A stretch of 64,000 nucleotides of DNA from Scyliorhinus canicula (GCF_902713615.1 NC_052159.1:80328520-80392519); one strand, 5' to 3'; positions 50,821 to 63,607 are shown, counted from the first letter of the stretch. The notes: a model not told the origin generated them from the letters alone. Numbers and translations: made by a program.

Positions 50821-51053
50821 CTTGTTGGCTGGGATGATGTTTGTTAGGAGTGAAGTGTGTATAAGTGTGTGCAGCTTGTCAGCCACCTGAGTGTCAATCG
50901 TAAATCGGGTGAATCCAGCAACTTGTCATTAGAATCGATTGTGCTCCACGTGGCACCGGTACTAGCTCCTTATCAGTCGTTAAATCGATGCAGATGCGGC
51001 GCTGCATTTGCTGTCATGAAAGTCCACAAATCCTTCCCTGGCGTCAACACTAA

Positions 51054-52206
51054 AGGCGCGATTCTCTTGCCGCACTGAAGCGAGAGCACAACACGGCCGG
51101 AGAATCCCGGGAGAGGCCTCCAGCGGACCTCCCGACAGCTTCCGTGCCTCGCGGGATTCACCATAGTCCTGAGAGACAGCGGAGTCGGAACTCTGCCAAA
51201 AATGCCCTGGACCAAATGGCGTTTGTGGAAGTAGGCCATAAACCTGCTTACAAACCACCTGCCCAGGATCCAAAGGCCTTGTTAATTCTCCGGCATCCCC
51301 AGCGAGGCTGCAGCCGGGCACCGATCAGTGCTAGTCTACACAAACGTGAACCAGGCACAATGCATCGGGTGGGAGGGGGGGGGGGGGGGGGTTCTCCCGG
51401 GGCATCGGAGACCCACAGGTGGCCAGGCTAAGTGCAGGGTGATTCCCTGGTCCTCCCCCTGGAACATAGGCACCATGGCACTGCCCAATAGCACCTTGGC
51501 AGCGCCAAGGTGCCTGATGGCACTGCCAAGCTGGCTGGAGCACTGCCTAGGTGCCAGGGTGTCAGTGCAAGGGTACCCCGGTGCCAGGGTGGCACTGCCA
51601 GGTGTCAGGGGCTGAGGGGGGATGATGCCCATGAAAGTGGAGGTGGGGTTTGAAGGGTGGGGCGTGCAGGGCAAGTAAGTAGGAGCATTTGGGAGGTTGG
51701 AGGGGTGATGTGTGGGGACACTGGAAGGGAGGGGGTGCTGTAAAGGGGCATGGGAGTGCCTGAAGAGCGGGACCCACAAGGACACCATAGTGGGGTGTCC
51801 TCACTTGTGGGGTGTGGGGTAGTGTCCATGTGTGGGGGTACCCACAAGCTGACTCAGAGATAGGGCACCCTTTCAAAATGGCGGCCCGATCTCCGAGTTT
51901 AGCTCCCCAGTGATAAAAACATTCATACAGCTGGATGCTCCCACTCTGCCCCGCCCACCGAAAGAACGCCACAGGCGGGATACGTACAATAGAGTAGTCC
52001 ATTGACCTCGGGCATAATCCCCCAGTTATCGGGCGAATGTGGCCAGAGAATCCTGCCCCAAGTGTGGACTAAACCAATGAGAAACTCCCCGGGGCCCAAA
52101 AAAGTGACTCAGTGTCATTGAGGAACTTGCCAGCAGAGCCGGCAGGAAACTCCCTGAAAAACCCGCCACAAATTAACTTCACAATCTTTGGGGTGAATCG
52201 CACCCT
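51054..52206. mobile_element. Non-autonomous Harbinger-type element containing a nested mini-MITE (about 51929-52058)
   Basis: Ends AGGCGCGATTCTCT and GGTGAATCGCACCC. Colinear (inverted) with 23720-24658 apart from the nested insert. Confidence 0.78.
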
Positions 52207-52207
52207 C

Positions 52208-52669
52208 GGGCTGGATTCTCCGATTTTGAGGACATGTCCGGAGCATGTATCTAGTCTTCAGACCAAAAAGTCGGCGGCGCCCCCGCATCGATGCTCCGCC
52301 CAGTGGGAGGCTAGCAGCTGCGTCACGTAAAGCCCCCGGCTTTACCTGCAGATAAGGACGGAGAATTGCCAGGTCCGTGGCCACGTATGCGTACGGTGGC
52401 AACCTGTGGTGGCCGTGCCATACAACATGGCCTGCCAGTTAGTGCCACCTGTAACCCCCCTCGCCATCCACGGATTGACCCCCACCAGTCCCCCCAGACA
52501 ATGTCCTGAGGCCGTCCCAATGTTGTGCGGCGTACTCAGCGATTTAGCTGTTTTTGAGGTGGTGGAGCATCCCAAAAATGGCAACGCTCCCTCAATTTCG
52601 GCATAAAAACAGGTTCTCCGGCCAATCGCCGAATGCGATCTTGGCGTCGGCAATCGGAGAATCCCGCTG
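52208..52669. mobile_element. Harbinger-type MITE
   Basis: GGGCTGGATTCTCC ... GGAGAATCCCGCTG. Confidence 0.8.
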
Positions 52670-53036
52670 TAGCCTCAGGAATGGAGAATCCCGCCCATAT
52701 TTTTTAATTCTCTGGATTCCATTTTTGTATCTCTATTGAAACCAATGGAAATAAAGACCAAGAAAGGTAGAAAATAAGCTGACAATCATTACCATTCATT
52801 TAACATTATTGTATACAGAAATGACTTCAGCTAAGTGCCTGTTCTGAGAATTTCATCATAATGAAAATGCTTTCCTTATGGAGCAGCTCTCCAACATGTG
52901 CTAGTCGTCTTTTTCATAGGAACACTGGTGGTAGCCCAGTGGCTAGTGGCCAGCCCATCCTTTCACATGCAATTGATTCTTGAATGTCTTTTGACTCAAA
53001 GGTGAGAGTCCCACCACTTAACTATGGCTGACATAT

Positions 53037-53261
53037 GGGCAGCACGGTGGTGCAGTGGTTAGTACTACTGCCTCACGGCGCCGAGGACCCGGGTTCGATC
53101 CCGGCCCGAGTCACTGTCCGTGTGGAGTTTGCACATTCTCCCTATATCTGCGTGGGTCTCACCTCCACAATCCAAGAGATGTGCAGGGTAGGTGGATTGG
53201 CCGCGCTAAATTGCCCCTTAATTGGAAAAAAAGAATTGGGTACTCTAACTTTATTTTTTAA
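53037..53261 (+). mobile_element. Short V-SINE with a 15-bp TSD
   Basis: AACTATGGCTGACAT occurs at 53020-53034 and 53262-53276. Confidence 0.92.
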
Positions 53262-54674
53262 AACTATGGCTGACATTTTAATCCAGAATCATTTGGCATG
53301 TTCTTGCTTTCAAATATATTGAGGATGGTTTCTCAAATGTTATTTTTTATTTTAATTTTAAATTCAAGCTTTTAATATTGATCTACATGATTATTTTTCC
53401 AATTGACATTCAAAAAATCTATTTGAGCCTTTTCCCCAATCTCAGTGAAAATAACTCTTCTGGCTTCCCATTTTACTGGGGAAATAGGAACAGGTGAGTT
53501 TGAAGAAAATCATTTTGATCAACACCTCACTTTTTTCTGTGTGATCCCATGTAGAGTTTAGTTTCTCTCGTAAAAATCTCATTCAGGACTCCCAGAGTAC
53601 TTTAGATAATAACCAATTGACCTCACACTGCTTTCCAAAGACGTGTTTCTAAAGGATAGTCAACCTTCACAGAGCAGTATAAAATCTGTTTACTTCTCAT
53701 CTTTGTACTTTAGTGAGGACTTGTAACATGAAAAGCTCCATTGTTCCCTCAGTGTGAAAGGTAAAAGGCTTAAGTGGTTGGTTTTTCTGTCCTTCATGTG
53801 CACGAGCCCTTGAGGTGACACTCTTATCATCAGCAAAAAGGTGGATTGATACAAGAATTTAAAGTATTAACATAGGTCAAGTAAGCACACATCATAGGTT
53901 TTCAGTAGATGGTGATTCCATGGCAGTTCACTGTTAAATGCTAACATCCTAAACTATGATTGCAGCTGGGGTTTTTTATGTTGTGAGATTCTGATTTTAT
54001 TGTACGTGAATGTACCCTGATCTTTCATAACCTAAAGCACCACAATCAGTTCAAATCTACAATAAATATTGCCCACGGTGGGCAAAGGTGCTGTCATATC
54101 TTATCAGTAGTAAGATGAAACAAGGAGGGACTGGCAAGGTTCACTTCTAATTAAATTTCACTCTGTTGAGCACCCTGCTGAGGTTCACAGCGTCTGGCAG
54201 AGTAATATTGCTGGGAGCAAACCTCCTCCCACTGTGATCCCAATTTCACATAGATTTTCTTGTATCCTGTCTCTGCTGATGTGACCTGTTTTGAATATCA
54301 AATCTTCTCTCACACTTAAAGGTTAAAAGAGCCACATCACATAAAATGTTTGTACAAATCATAATCATGTAAGTCATGTGAGCATTTCCAAAGCATACAG
54401 CTTCAGGTTAGATGAAAACCAATGTTGAACACAGTGCCAGGTGTAGTCCATGGACACTGTATACATTTATTAATTTTCAACATTAAATGTAATTCATTGG
54501 CATAAGTCAAAGAGTAGGCAAGAGCGAAATGTCAACTACATTTAAAAAGTGCATCTCAATATAAACTTAAGTAAAGTAGAAGTTTACTGTGGAGATAATT
54601 AATCCAATCTAACAGGAAACATGGATTTTCTCAGATTTACTCACAATACCCATGGATAACATTATTTTATTCTA

Positions 54675-54785
54675 GGGCCGCACGATGGTGAAGTGATGAG
54701 CACTTCTGCCTGACAGTGCTGAGGACCTGGGTTCAATCCAGGCTCCGGGTCACTGTCCGTGTGGAGTTTGCACATTCTCCTCATG
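54675..54785 (+). mobile_element. 5' fragment of a short V-SINE
   Basis: tRNA head and the start of the V domain. Confidence 0.8.
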
Positions 54786-54789
54786 TATT

Positions 54790-56158
54790 GCGAGATCAAG
54801 ACTTACAATGTGGCTCACAGAAAACCCAATAGGAATAAGTCAGATAAATTGGGGAGTTCCTGACTTTACAGAATGCACTGAATTTAGAATGGATCACAGA
54901 TGTCAGGAATTCCTTTGGAATACATTCCACAACTTTTTTATGCCAGTTTTGACTTGAAGGACATTTGTCGCTGACCCAGGAGCATAGGATATTCTAGCGA
55001 GCTGCAAAAGTTAGGATATTGTCCAGCCTTTTTTTATTTGCATCAGTAATTCTCCCATCTGGAAGACCAGAATTAGGAACATAGGATTAAGTTTTAAAGC
55101 TCTGTCAAAGAGCCTCGACAGCTCTCTGACGACACCAAGTCAATAGGATTGAGTCAGGTCCATACGCAGTGTATATAATTATGCTCTACTGCCAGACACT
55201 TTAGACACATTAGGGATATTGCAGGATCAAACCTGTTTAAGGCTAAGCATGATATGCATGTGATGCAGTTTCTTAAATTGAGTCTCCATTCTATTCCAAA
55301 TAGAAATTTCACTGGCATAATCCCATATACTGCCCCATGTCTCCTCATTAATATTAGTCTATGTACTAACACAAGATCTAAAATGCATCATAGAACTTGC
55401 TGATTAATTTTTTAGGCTTCACAGAATTCAGGAGTTTTTCCACCGGGGTATTGAGAGGAGTCAAGATGCAAGTTTGTCCTACTGAGGATAAAGTCTCTAA
55501 GATGTAAATATTTTAAGAAGGAGTGATATCAAATTGTTGGCATAGCTGCTCAAAGGATGGTAAGGATGGATCCCAGCCAACAAATGCCTCTAGCTCTGCC
55601 TGTATTGAATTCATGGTCCATAATACCCGGTCGGAGGTCTAGGCTGCGCTGGATGGGAGAGAGAGCGGAAGTCAGTTTTGATCTCCCTTCTAACCGGTGG
55701 ACCAATCTCCACACAAAAGTATTATTAATGATAGGATTATCACATTTAGCAGAACCCACCTTAATGTCGGCAAAAAGTAACAAGGGGAGGGATTCTCCCC
55801 TAACCGGCGGGGCAGGCTGTACCGGCGGCGGGCAGTGGCACGAACCACTCCGGCACCTTCAGGGGCTAGGCCGGTGCCGGCACTGTTGGCGCCGCTCCAA
55901 ACGGCGTGGAAGGGCCTCCGTCAGCCAGCATGAGTTGGCGCATGTGCGGGAGCGCCAGCGTGTACTAGCGCCCACCCAGCACATGCGTAGGGGGTGTTCT
56001 TCTGTGCGCCAGCCATGGCGGACCGTTATAGAAGCTGGTGCAGAGGGAAAGAGTGCCCCCACGGCACAGGCCCGCCCGTGGATCGGTGGGCCCCAATCGC
56101 AGACCAGACCACTGTGGGGCCCCCTACCCCCCCCCCCCCCCACCGAGGACTCCGCAGG

Positions 56159-56189
<31 letters not shown>

Positions 56190-57720
56190 ACCGAGGACTC
56201 CGCAGGCTGCCCACAGAGCCAGGTCCCACCAGTACGAATTTGATTCATACGTGCGGGACCGGCCGAAAAGGGGCGGCCCATCACAGAGCGGAGAATCGCC
56301 GGAGGGGGGGCGGGCACTGCCAACAGCCCCTGACCGGCACAACGCGATTCCTGCCCCCACCGAAAAACCGGTGCCAGAGAATCGAGCAGCTGGCGTCGGG
56401 GCGGGATTCACACTACCCTCCGGCGATAAGCCAGCTGGTCTGCTTCAATGCCGACCTGCTAAATGGTGGTAGGGTCCTTCTTAACCCAGTTCTTATCAAG
56501 CTAAGGTGAGAAGCCAGTTGATATAACCTATTGTTCAGGACTCCCAGAGCACCCCTAGCCCCCGGGAAGCTGGAGTTTGGTAAACATTCGGCGAGGCTTC
56601 TTCTTGGTTCACATAAATGAACTGATCATTCCATGGATCTCCTTTAAAACTCCAACTGACAGCAAAATTAGCAACATCTGCAGAGGGTACATCAATCTGG
56701 GCAAAATGTTCATTTAAATCAAGGCAATCCTCTCAAGCCATGAAACCAGCAGGGATGACCAAGCAAATTCCCACCTAATAGTGGCAATCGACTGAGGGAA
56801 ATTGGTCCCATATAACTACCCAAAACAAGGGGTAATTGTGACATCTGAGTACCTAAACCCCAATGGGGACCATCTAAAGGGGAAATTAGCAAGTGGGGGA
56901 GGTCTGCCCCTCAGCTCTCCCACTGGCATAGCCTCTGACTTTGTAAAATTGATCTTATAACTGGAGAAGGCACTGAATCTATCCACCACACTGATGATGC
57001 CTCGAACCAAGATATCCGGCATCAACACAAAGAGCAGCACATCATCCGCATAAAGTGTAGTCTTGTGTTGCTTCTTCCCACATTCCAGCCCTGATATTAG
57101 GGGGTCCCCCCTAATAGCCTCCGTCAATGTTTCCATGGTCAATGCAAATAGCAAGAGGGTTAGGGGCAGCCCTGACTAGTCCCACTCGGGAGCCCAAAAT
57201 TCTCTGACGTATAACCATTCATGAGCACCACCGCCACAGGCCTTTGGTACAACACCCAAGTTCACTTAGCATAGTCCTCACCCAGCGAACATCTCCACAG
57301 CATCTACACCAGATAATTCCACTCGACCTGATCAAAGGCTTCCATTGCATCCAAGGAGGTCACCAGTCCATCTAGTTCACTCTTCTGAAAGGCCTGAATC
57401 ACATTTGAGATTCTCTAAACATTGGAGAACCTGCCCTTGATAAACCCAGTCTGGTCCTCCTGAACAATTGCCTGAGGATAGCCTCTAACCATTTTGCCAA
57501 TACCTTAGACAACAATTTCAAGTCGACATTCAAAAGAGAGATTGGGCTGGAAGAGGCATATTCTCCCAGGTCTTTACCTGTCTTCAAAATCAGGGAGATA
57601 TTGGTCTTCCGAAGTGTCGGTGGTAACAGCCCTGCCTCAAAGAAGGGACAGTCTCCTGTCACAGGGCTATGTCTACTTTCACCTTCTTCAGATAAGTAGA
57701 ACTTTTTCCTTTAGATTGGA
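54790..57720 (-). mobile_element. Old L1-clade LINE ORF2 fragment
   Basis: PISLLNVDLKLLSKVLA, LFALTMETL, TLYADDVLLF, YKINFTKSE and C-terminal CLKC..HCVWT. Many frameshifts; split by a MITE. Confidence 0.88.
55786..56430. mobile_element. Harbinger-type MITE (right end truncated)
   Basis: Starts GGGAGGGATTCTCC; homologous to 4162-4797; internal duplicated CACCGAGGACTCCGCAGGCTGCCC with poly-C runs. Confidence 0.8.
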
Positions 57721-58006
57721 TGATGAATTCCCTATAAATTCCATGAGCAAAGTTTAAAATTAATGGCATGGATTCTCTGTTTCAGAGAGGTGTTGATGCC
57801 AACGCAGAATTTGTGAACTTTCACAACAGCAAAACTGGCGCCACACCTGGACCGATTCAGCTACTGTTAAGAGGTTAGCACCGGCGCCATGTGGAACACA
57901 ATTGATTCTAATGAGAAATGGTGGCAGATTCGCCGGCTTCGCAACTGATACTCTGCAGCTGCACATACACATTTAATTCCCCATACACACCATCCCAGCC
58001 AACAAG

Positions 58007-60623
58007 ATGGCAGCTGGGAGAGTGGCCCTGGGGTTTACTGATGCCAAACTGCAGACCCTCTTGGATGCCATATGGGATGACCCTGTACCCTAGCCCGGGA
58101 AAGAGGCCGCCGCCGTTTGCCGTGCCTGCGCACAGGTGGCAGAGGCAGTCAGTGCCGTGGGCAACACCATCCAGACTGGCCAGCAGTGCCGAGAAAAACT
58201 GCACCACTCCTCAGGGTGGCCAGTGTGAGAAGGCAGCGCTGTGCCCTGGCATCAACCCCCCTCCCACATACCCGTAACCCTACGCTTCCCCATCAACACC
58301 TGGAGGGCGGCGGAACATCCATCCTGCACCACATGTCGGCACCCCTCATCGGCCGCCACAGCCGGGTGCTCTGGCCACTGAAGCCACCAGCTGCTCACCC
58401 ACTGGGCTGAATGCGTTGGACTGTCTAACACTGCCAAAGAACAAAAAACAAAGAACAATACAGCACAGGAACAGGCCCTTCGGCACTCCAAGGCCTGTAC
58501 CAGTCATGATATCAATCTCGGCCATAACCCTCAGCACTTCCTTGTGCTATATTCCTCTATACCCGTCCTATCCATGTATTTGTCAAGATGCCTTTTGAAC
58601 GCCGTTAACGTATCTGCTTCCACAACGTCCCCTGGCAATGCGTTCCGGGAACTCACCACCCTCTGTGTAAAAAACTTGCCTTGCACATATAAACTTTGTC
58701 CCATGGACCTTAAACCTCTGCCCCCTGGTGACTGACCCCTCCAAACTGGAAAAGAGTGCCTGCCCATCCACTCCATCCATCTATCCATGCCCCTCATAAT
58801 CTTGTACACCTCCTTCACCCATTGTCTGTTACCATCCCCCTCTCCCCCTCCCACACCCCCACCAGGGGAAGGCTGCACACAACCACTGGAAGACGGAGAA
58901 GACAGGAGTAGGACCGCGGGACCTGAGGCCCCTCACTGTAACAGAGCAGAGAGCACTATACATGGCCTGTGGTCCGGAGGAAAGGGAAGCGAGGTGGAGT
59001 TCGGCACAGTGTGAGGACGTGAGACCCCGCTTTGTTGCGGTCCCCATGAGATCTGTATCAACCCCCACCAATACCACTCCCACAGCACCCTCGCCCCCAC
59101 ACCACCCCCACACAATCCTCACCCTACACCACCCCCACATCACCCTCACTCCCCCACCACCCTCACCTCCAGCCTCACCACTGCACCACTCTCACACCCA
59201 CATTACCCTCACCCCCACACCGCCCTTACCCCCGCGCCTCTCCGGCCTGCGGTCCAATTATGCGTCTTGTCTTGTGTCTTACAGGACCTGCTGGTGAAGG
59301 GGCAGTTCCATCTGGGACCCCCGCCTCCTTCAGAACCACCCACCATGAGCCGAGCAGTGATGGGAGCAGCTTGGACACCAGCCCTCCGCCCAGACCCAGG
59401 AGACCCCGGAGCTCAAATCAGAGGATGACACTGACCTTCCCTCATAGCTGTCTCCAACACCCTTCACCATTCCACAGACCCTCATCTCGGTTGGGCACTT
59501 TAATGAAGAGGCTCCTGGGATACTATCTGCTGCGCACAACACAGCTGTTCCGGTACAGCAGGTGGAGGTAAGTACTCCCGAGGGGGCAGACAGTTGGAGG
59601 GCAGGATGACTCCAGGGACTAGCTGCCATCTAGATCGGTGGAGAGCTTCTGGAACTGACCATCCTATCAATCGTGGGGATGCAGTCGCAGAGTCAGTGAC
59701 TACATGAGGGGCTGTCGGCGAGCATCCAACACCTGCAGGTGCAATTGGAGGAGACCAACCATGTGCAGGTGCAGGAGGTGGTGCCAACAATGCATGCCAC
59801 CCAGGCCAACAGTGCACCGGGGACCAGGGTGCAAGCAGAGGTAATCCCTGAGGCTCCCCCACCACCTGGCCTGCCAGTCCTGGAGGTTCACTCCGGTGTC
59901 AACCAGGGTCCACAAGCTAAAGGCCATGGAACACAGAGAATGGACCAGCTCCATCTGAGACTGTGCCACATCACTCATTGACTGTGCCACCACCTTCTGG
60001 GTTTGTGTAACATCAGCCAGTGACTACTCCATCTCCCCCTAGGCATTGGGGGCGACAGTTTTGGTTAGTATCAGTATGTCCAAGGCCTGGGACATTCTGT
60101 GCAGGCACTGGCCAAGGCCCAGGGCAGGGTTCCCATCCCACAGGCATTGGAGCGGCGCTCCTGAGCATGGCCCAGTCACAGCAGGCCTCGGCTGGAGACA
60201 TCGGCGGTACTGCCCAGGTGCTGGCCGATGTGGCACAGATACAGAGGGAGGTGACTCAGCCCCATTTTCCCAGGGGCCACCGGGCACCCCGAGGGAGGAG
60301 GAGATGATGGGGCCCATGCGAGTGACTCCCACAGGGTGGGGGGAGGGGTGACGGAACAAAGCTGCACCTCGGAATCCCCCTTTCCTGTCCCTGGTGCATC
60401 TGGTGGGCAGTGGGTAGAATGGAGTGGCACCATGCCATCTGGGATATCTAAGCAGCAGCCGGGCCCATACAGGTCTGGTAGCCGCATAAGATGCCTGCCG
60501 ACAGGGACCCAGGTCGCAGGGCAGGAATCACTGCAGGCTGCCTCCACTCCTGCTGTACTGTCTGAGGAACCATTTAGGTGTAGTGTTAGTGACTGTAAGG
60601 CCAGAAAGTTCGACACCAATTAA
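58007..60623 (+). pseudogene. Three-exon Myb/SANT-like partner gene
   Basis: Exon 1 (to about 58224) reads MAAGRVALGFTDAKLQTLLDAI..QVAEAVSAVGNTIQTGQQCREKLH. Exon 2 is 58866-59018. Exon 3 (59285-60623) ends CKARKFDTN*. AATAAA at about 60692. Confidence 0.87.
58436..58812 (-). mobile_element. CR1 3' fragment in intron 1 of the Myb-like gene
   Basis: EVYKIMRGMDR..FFTQRVV..FKRHLDKYM followed by a CR1 tail. Confidence 0.9.
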
Positions 60624-61959
60624 TTTGGTATGGGTGCAGGGTACAGATTAGTTATTGGGGCACGAGCACAAACCTGTATATATTTGTCCACAATAAACGC
60701 CTGTTGCCACTGTTACAACCGGTTTCAGTGCTCAGTCACATGATTATGAGAGGTGGGCTAGTCTGCACTGGCCGAGTGTGGGGGGCGGGGAATGCATGGA
60801 CAATGTGGGTGGCCCAGGCCCACCAATCCCCCATCTGTCCCCCCCCCCCCCCTCCCTCCGCCCGTCCCCACCACCGTCACCCTGGGGATTCGATGGCACA
60901 CGGAAAGTTCTACCATGGGCAGGTGTCAGACGTTGTCATAGGATGTGGAGCACCAACGCTCATCGCAGAGTGGGTTGTCAGCATCCTCCAACCCATGGAT
61001 CAGACCTTCTGACCTTCTGTTACTGTCAACCCAGAGCTCACACCCCTTAGTGCGCCGGTATGTATCATGGAGGGAGTTGGGGGGGCATGAGGAGGTGTGG
61101 GGGTGGGATGTGGTGTCCGTGCCCCTAGCCAGTCCCTCTTTCCCCCTCCTTCGTTGGTGAACCTGGAGGCGATCGAAGCAGTCCTTGCGCGTTGACACTG
61201 GAACACAAGTCTTGCGGCCTCCCATGTCTGCCTGGGCCCCATATCCTACCCATGCTCCCCCTCCCCCACATTCTTCTAGTCGGACAAGGCCTAGTGTTCC
61301 TCATTCTCCTTGAACACATTGCCCCTCTGCTGCGTGATGCTGTGGAGGACGCAGCCGGCCACTATGATGCGGCCGGTCCTCTCAGCATCATACTGGAAGG
61401 CCCCTCCAGAAGGGTCCAGGAATGTCAACCGTATCTTCAGGAGGCTGAAGCACCACTTGATCATGCTCCTGGTTGCTGTATGGGCATCATTGTAGCAGAT
61501 GTCCGCTACGGTCTGTGGCCTCCAGGTGGCATCAGGCACAACCACAGTGGATAACCCCTGTCGCCCATGAGCCAACTCTCCAGCCGGGGTGCATCTCGAA
61601 CATGTCGGCAATCCTTGAGTGTGCCAGGATGAAGGTGTCATGCACACTGCCCAGGCGCAGAGGTGAATAATGCACATCTGATGTTCACCTTTCAGCTGCA
61701 CGCTCATCGAGTGGAACCCCTTTTGGTTTGTGTAGAGCGGCCTGTCATCTGCAGGTGCTCATAGGGGGACATGCATCCCGCCGATCTGCCCCTGCATGGA
61801 GGGCATGTCGCTGATGGTGGTGAACTCTGCCAATCGGGCAGCCTGCTGGGCTTGGTCCACATTGAAGTGGATGTATTGAGCCGCATTGACATATTAGCGC
61901 CTCCGTGATGGCACGGATGCACATGTGCACCGAGGTCTGTGAGATCCCAGGCAGGTCAC

Positions 61960-62681
61960 TGTAATACATATAGATACATATAGAATTTACAGAGCAGAAG
62001 GAGGCCATTCAGCCCATCGAGTCTGCACCGGCCCTTGGAATGAGCACCCTACCCAAGGTCAACACCTCGACCCTATCCCCATAACCCAGTAACCCCACCC
62101 AACACTAAGGGCAATTTTGGACACTAAGGGCAATTTATCATGGCCAATCCACCTAACCTGCACATCTTTGGACTGTGGGAGGAAACCGGAGCACCCGGAG
62201 GAAACCCACGCACACACGGGGAGGATGTGCAGACTCCGCACAGACAGTGACCCAAGCCAGGAATCGAACCTGGGACCCTGGAGCTGTGAAGCGATTGTGC
62301 TATCCACAATGCTACCGTGCTGCCCGCTATACATAATGATATGTATATTACATGGAATGTAAAGAGTTAACAAGTTAATGATAAGGCTTCACTAGAGGGA
62401 ACCACAGAACAGGCATATATATATATCATTTGACTTTGGGAATTCTGGGAGTCACATGTTAGAGGCAGCTGGATGAGTGCCAGGCATGGGAACAGTTGTA
62501 CTTGAGAAGTTCTGCTAGTTAGAGATAACATAGTTCAATAGAGAAACCTTCTACTTTAGGAATGTAAACAAATCTTAGTAGTGTAATAACTTTAAAGTTT
62601 TGTTCGTTAACAAAGCTTTGTGTTCTTTATTCAACAATACGCATCCAAACCATCCAGGTAAAGAGAATAGAGAAAACAACA
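61960..62681 (+). mobile_element. Solo LTR inside the transposase, itself interrupted by a SINE
   Basis: GTCAC|TG...CA|GTCCC (TSD with one mismatch). Confidence 0.8.
61975..62326 (-). mobile_element. HE1-type V-SINE
   Basis: Full head, V domain and tail. Confidence 0.92.
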
Positions 62682-63280
62682 GTCCCAACTCGGCGCCTGG
62701 AAGGACCCAGTCGCATAAACATTCTGGGCAACTGTCACCTTGACAGTCTTCAGGAGTGCATGTCCTCCCCCCATACCCCGCGGTGACAGGTGTGCCATCA
62801 CCTGGCAGATATGTCATGCTGTCTCTCTGCTCAGCCGGAGTCTCAAACGGCAAGCCCGTACCAGCAGGAACTCGAATGGCAGGCCGTGCCGGTACACAAG
62901 AGGCCTCATGCAACGCTTCCTTTGAACTTTCTTCTCTTCGGCCTGTTGGACGACTCGCTCTCCATCCTGGATGGCTGCTTCGTCCCTTTGCGGCACGCTC
63001 CGCTGCTGCACGCACTGCTACTACACGTTCTGCTGTTGCAGCTTCCTTCTCCTTCTCGAGCAGCGCCAGCTCGTACAGCCATAGGACATTCCCTAGGATT
63101 TCGGCGACTAGCAGGAAAGTCACTATTGCTCATTGAATTCCAATATCCATTGTCTGCAGGCGTGAAAGGCTGACACGTTAGTATGGTGCGTACCGCCATG
63201 CCCAACCAGGTCCACTGGGCTACATAGAGGCCCCGGTTGGCAGCGTGGGCTCTGCCCCAAGGCGGCCATTCAGTATTAGG

Positions 63281-63545
63281 ATCACAGAATTTACAGTGCA
63301 GAAGGAGGCCATTCGGCCCATCGAGTCTGCATCGGCTCTTGCAAAGCTTTACCCCACGCCTCCACCCTATCTCCGTAACCCAGTAACCCCACCTAACCTT
63401 TTTGAAGACGAAGGGCAATTTAGCATGGCCAATCCACCTAACCCGCACATTTTTGGATTGTGGGAGGAAACTGGAGCACCCGGAGGAAACCCACGCAGAC
63501 ACAGGGAGAACATGCAGACTCTGCACAGACAGTGACCAAAGCCGG
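63281..63545 (-). mobile_element. 5'-truncated HE1-type V-SINE
   Basis: V domain and tail, homologous to 61975-62326. Confidence 0.88.
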
Positions 63546-63607
63546 GAGGCGGAGCTACACGGGAGGTCAGAGACTATTGGGTCAGACCCGTTAATGATAT
63601 GCTACTG

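Larger units (their letters stand above)
44397..52696 (+). mobile_element. Full-span decayed autonomous PIF/Harbinger transposon with nested insertions
   Basis: ATA|GGGTGGGATTCTCC ... GGAGAATCCCGCCC|ATA. Transposase on + is convergent with the Myb-like gene on -. Confidence 0.92.
61150..63150 (-). pseudogene. Harbinger DDE transposase (HARBI1-like), disrupted
   Basis: GSFQAPSWD|LPGISQTSVHMCIRAITEAL, QIGGMHV, GDRGYP, CFSLLKIRLTFLD, AGCVLHSITQQRG and IASRFT. Confidence 0.92.

Noticed and set aside
46118-63150. Domesticated HARBI1/NAIF1 host genes
   Set aside because: The copies are frameshifted, interrupted, multi-copy and enclosed by TIRs, so they are transposon pseudogenes.
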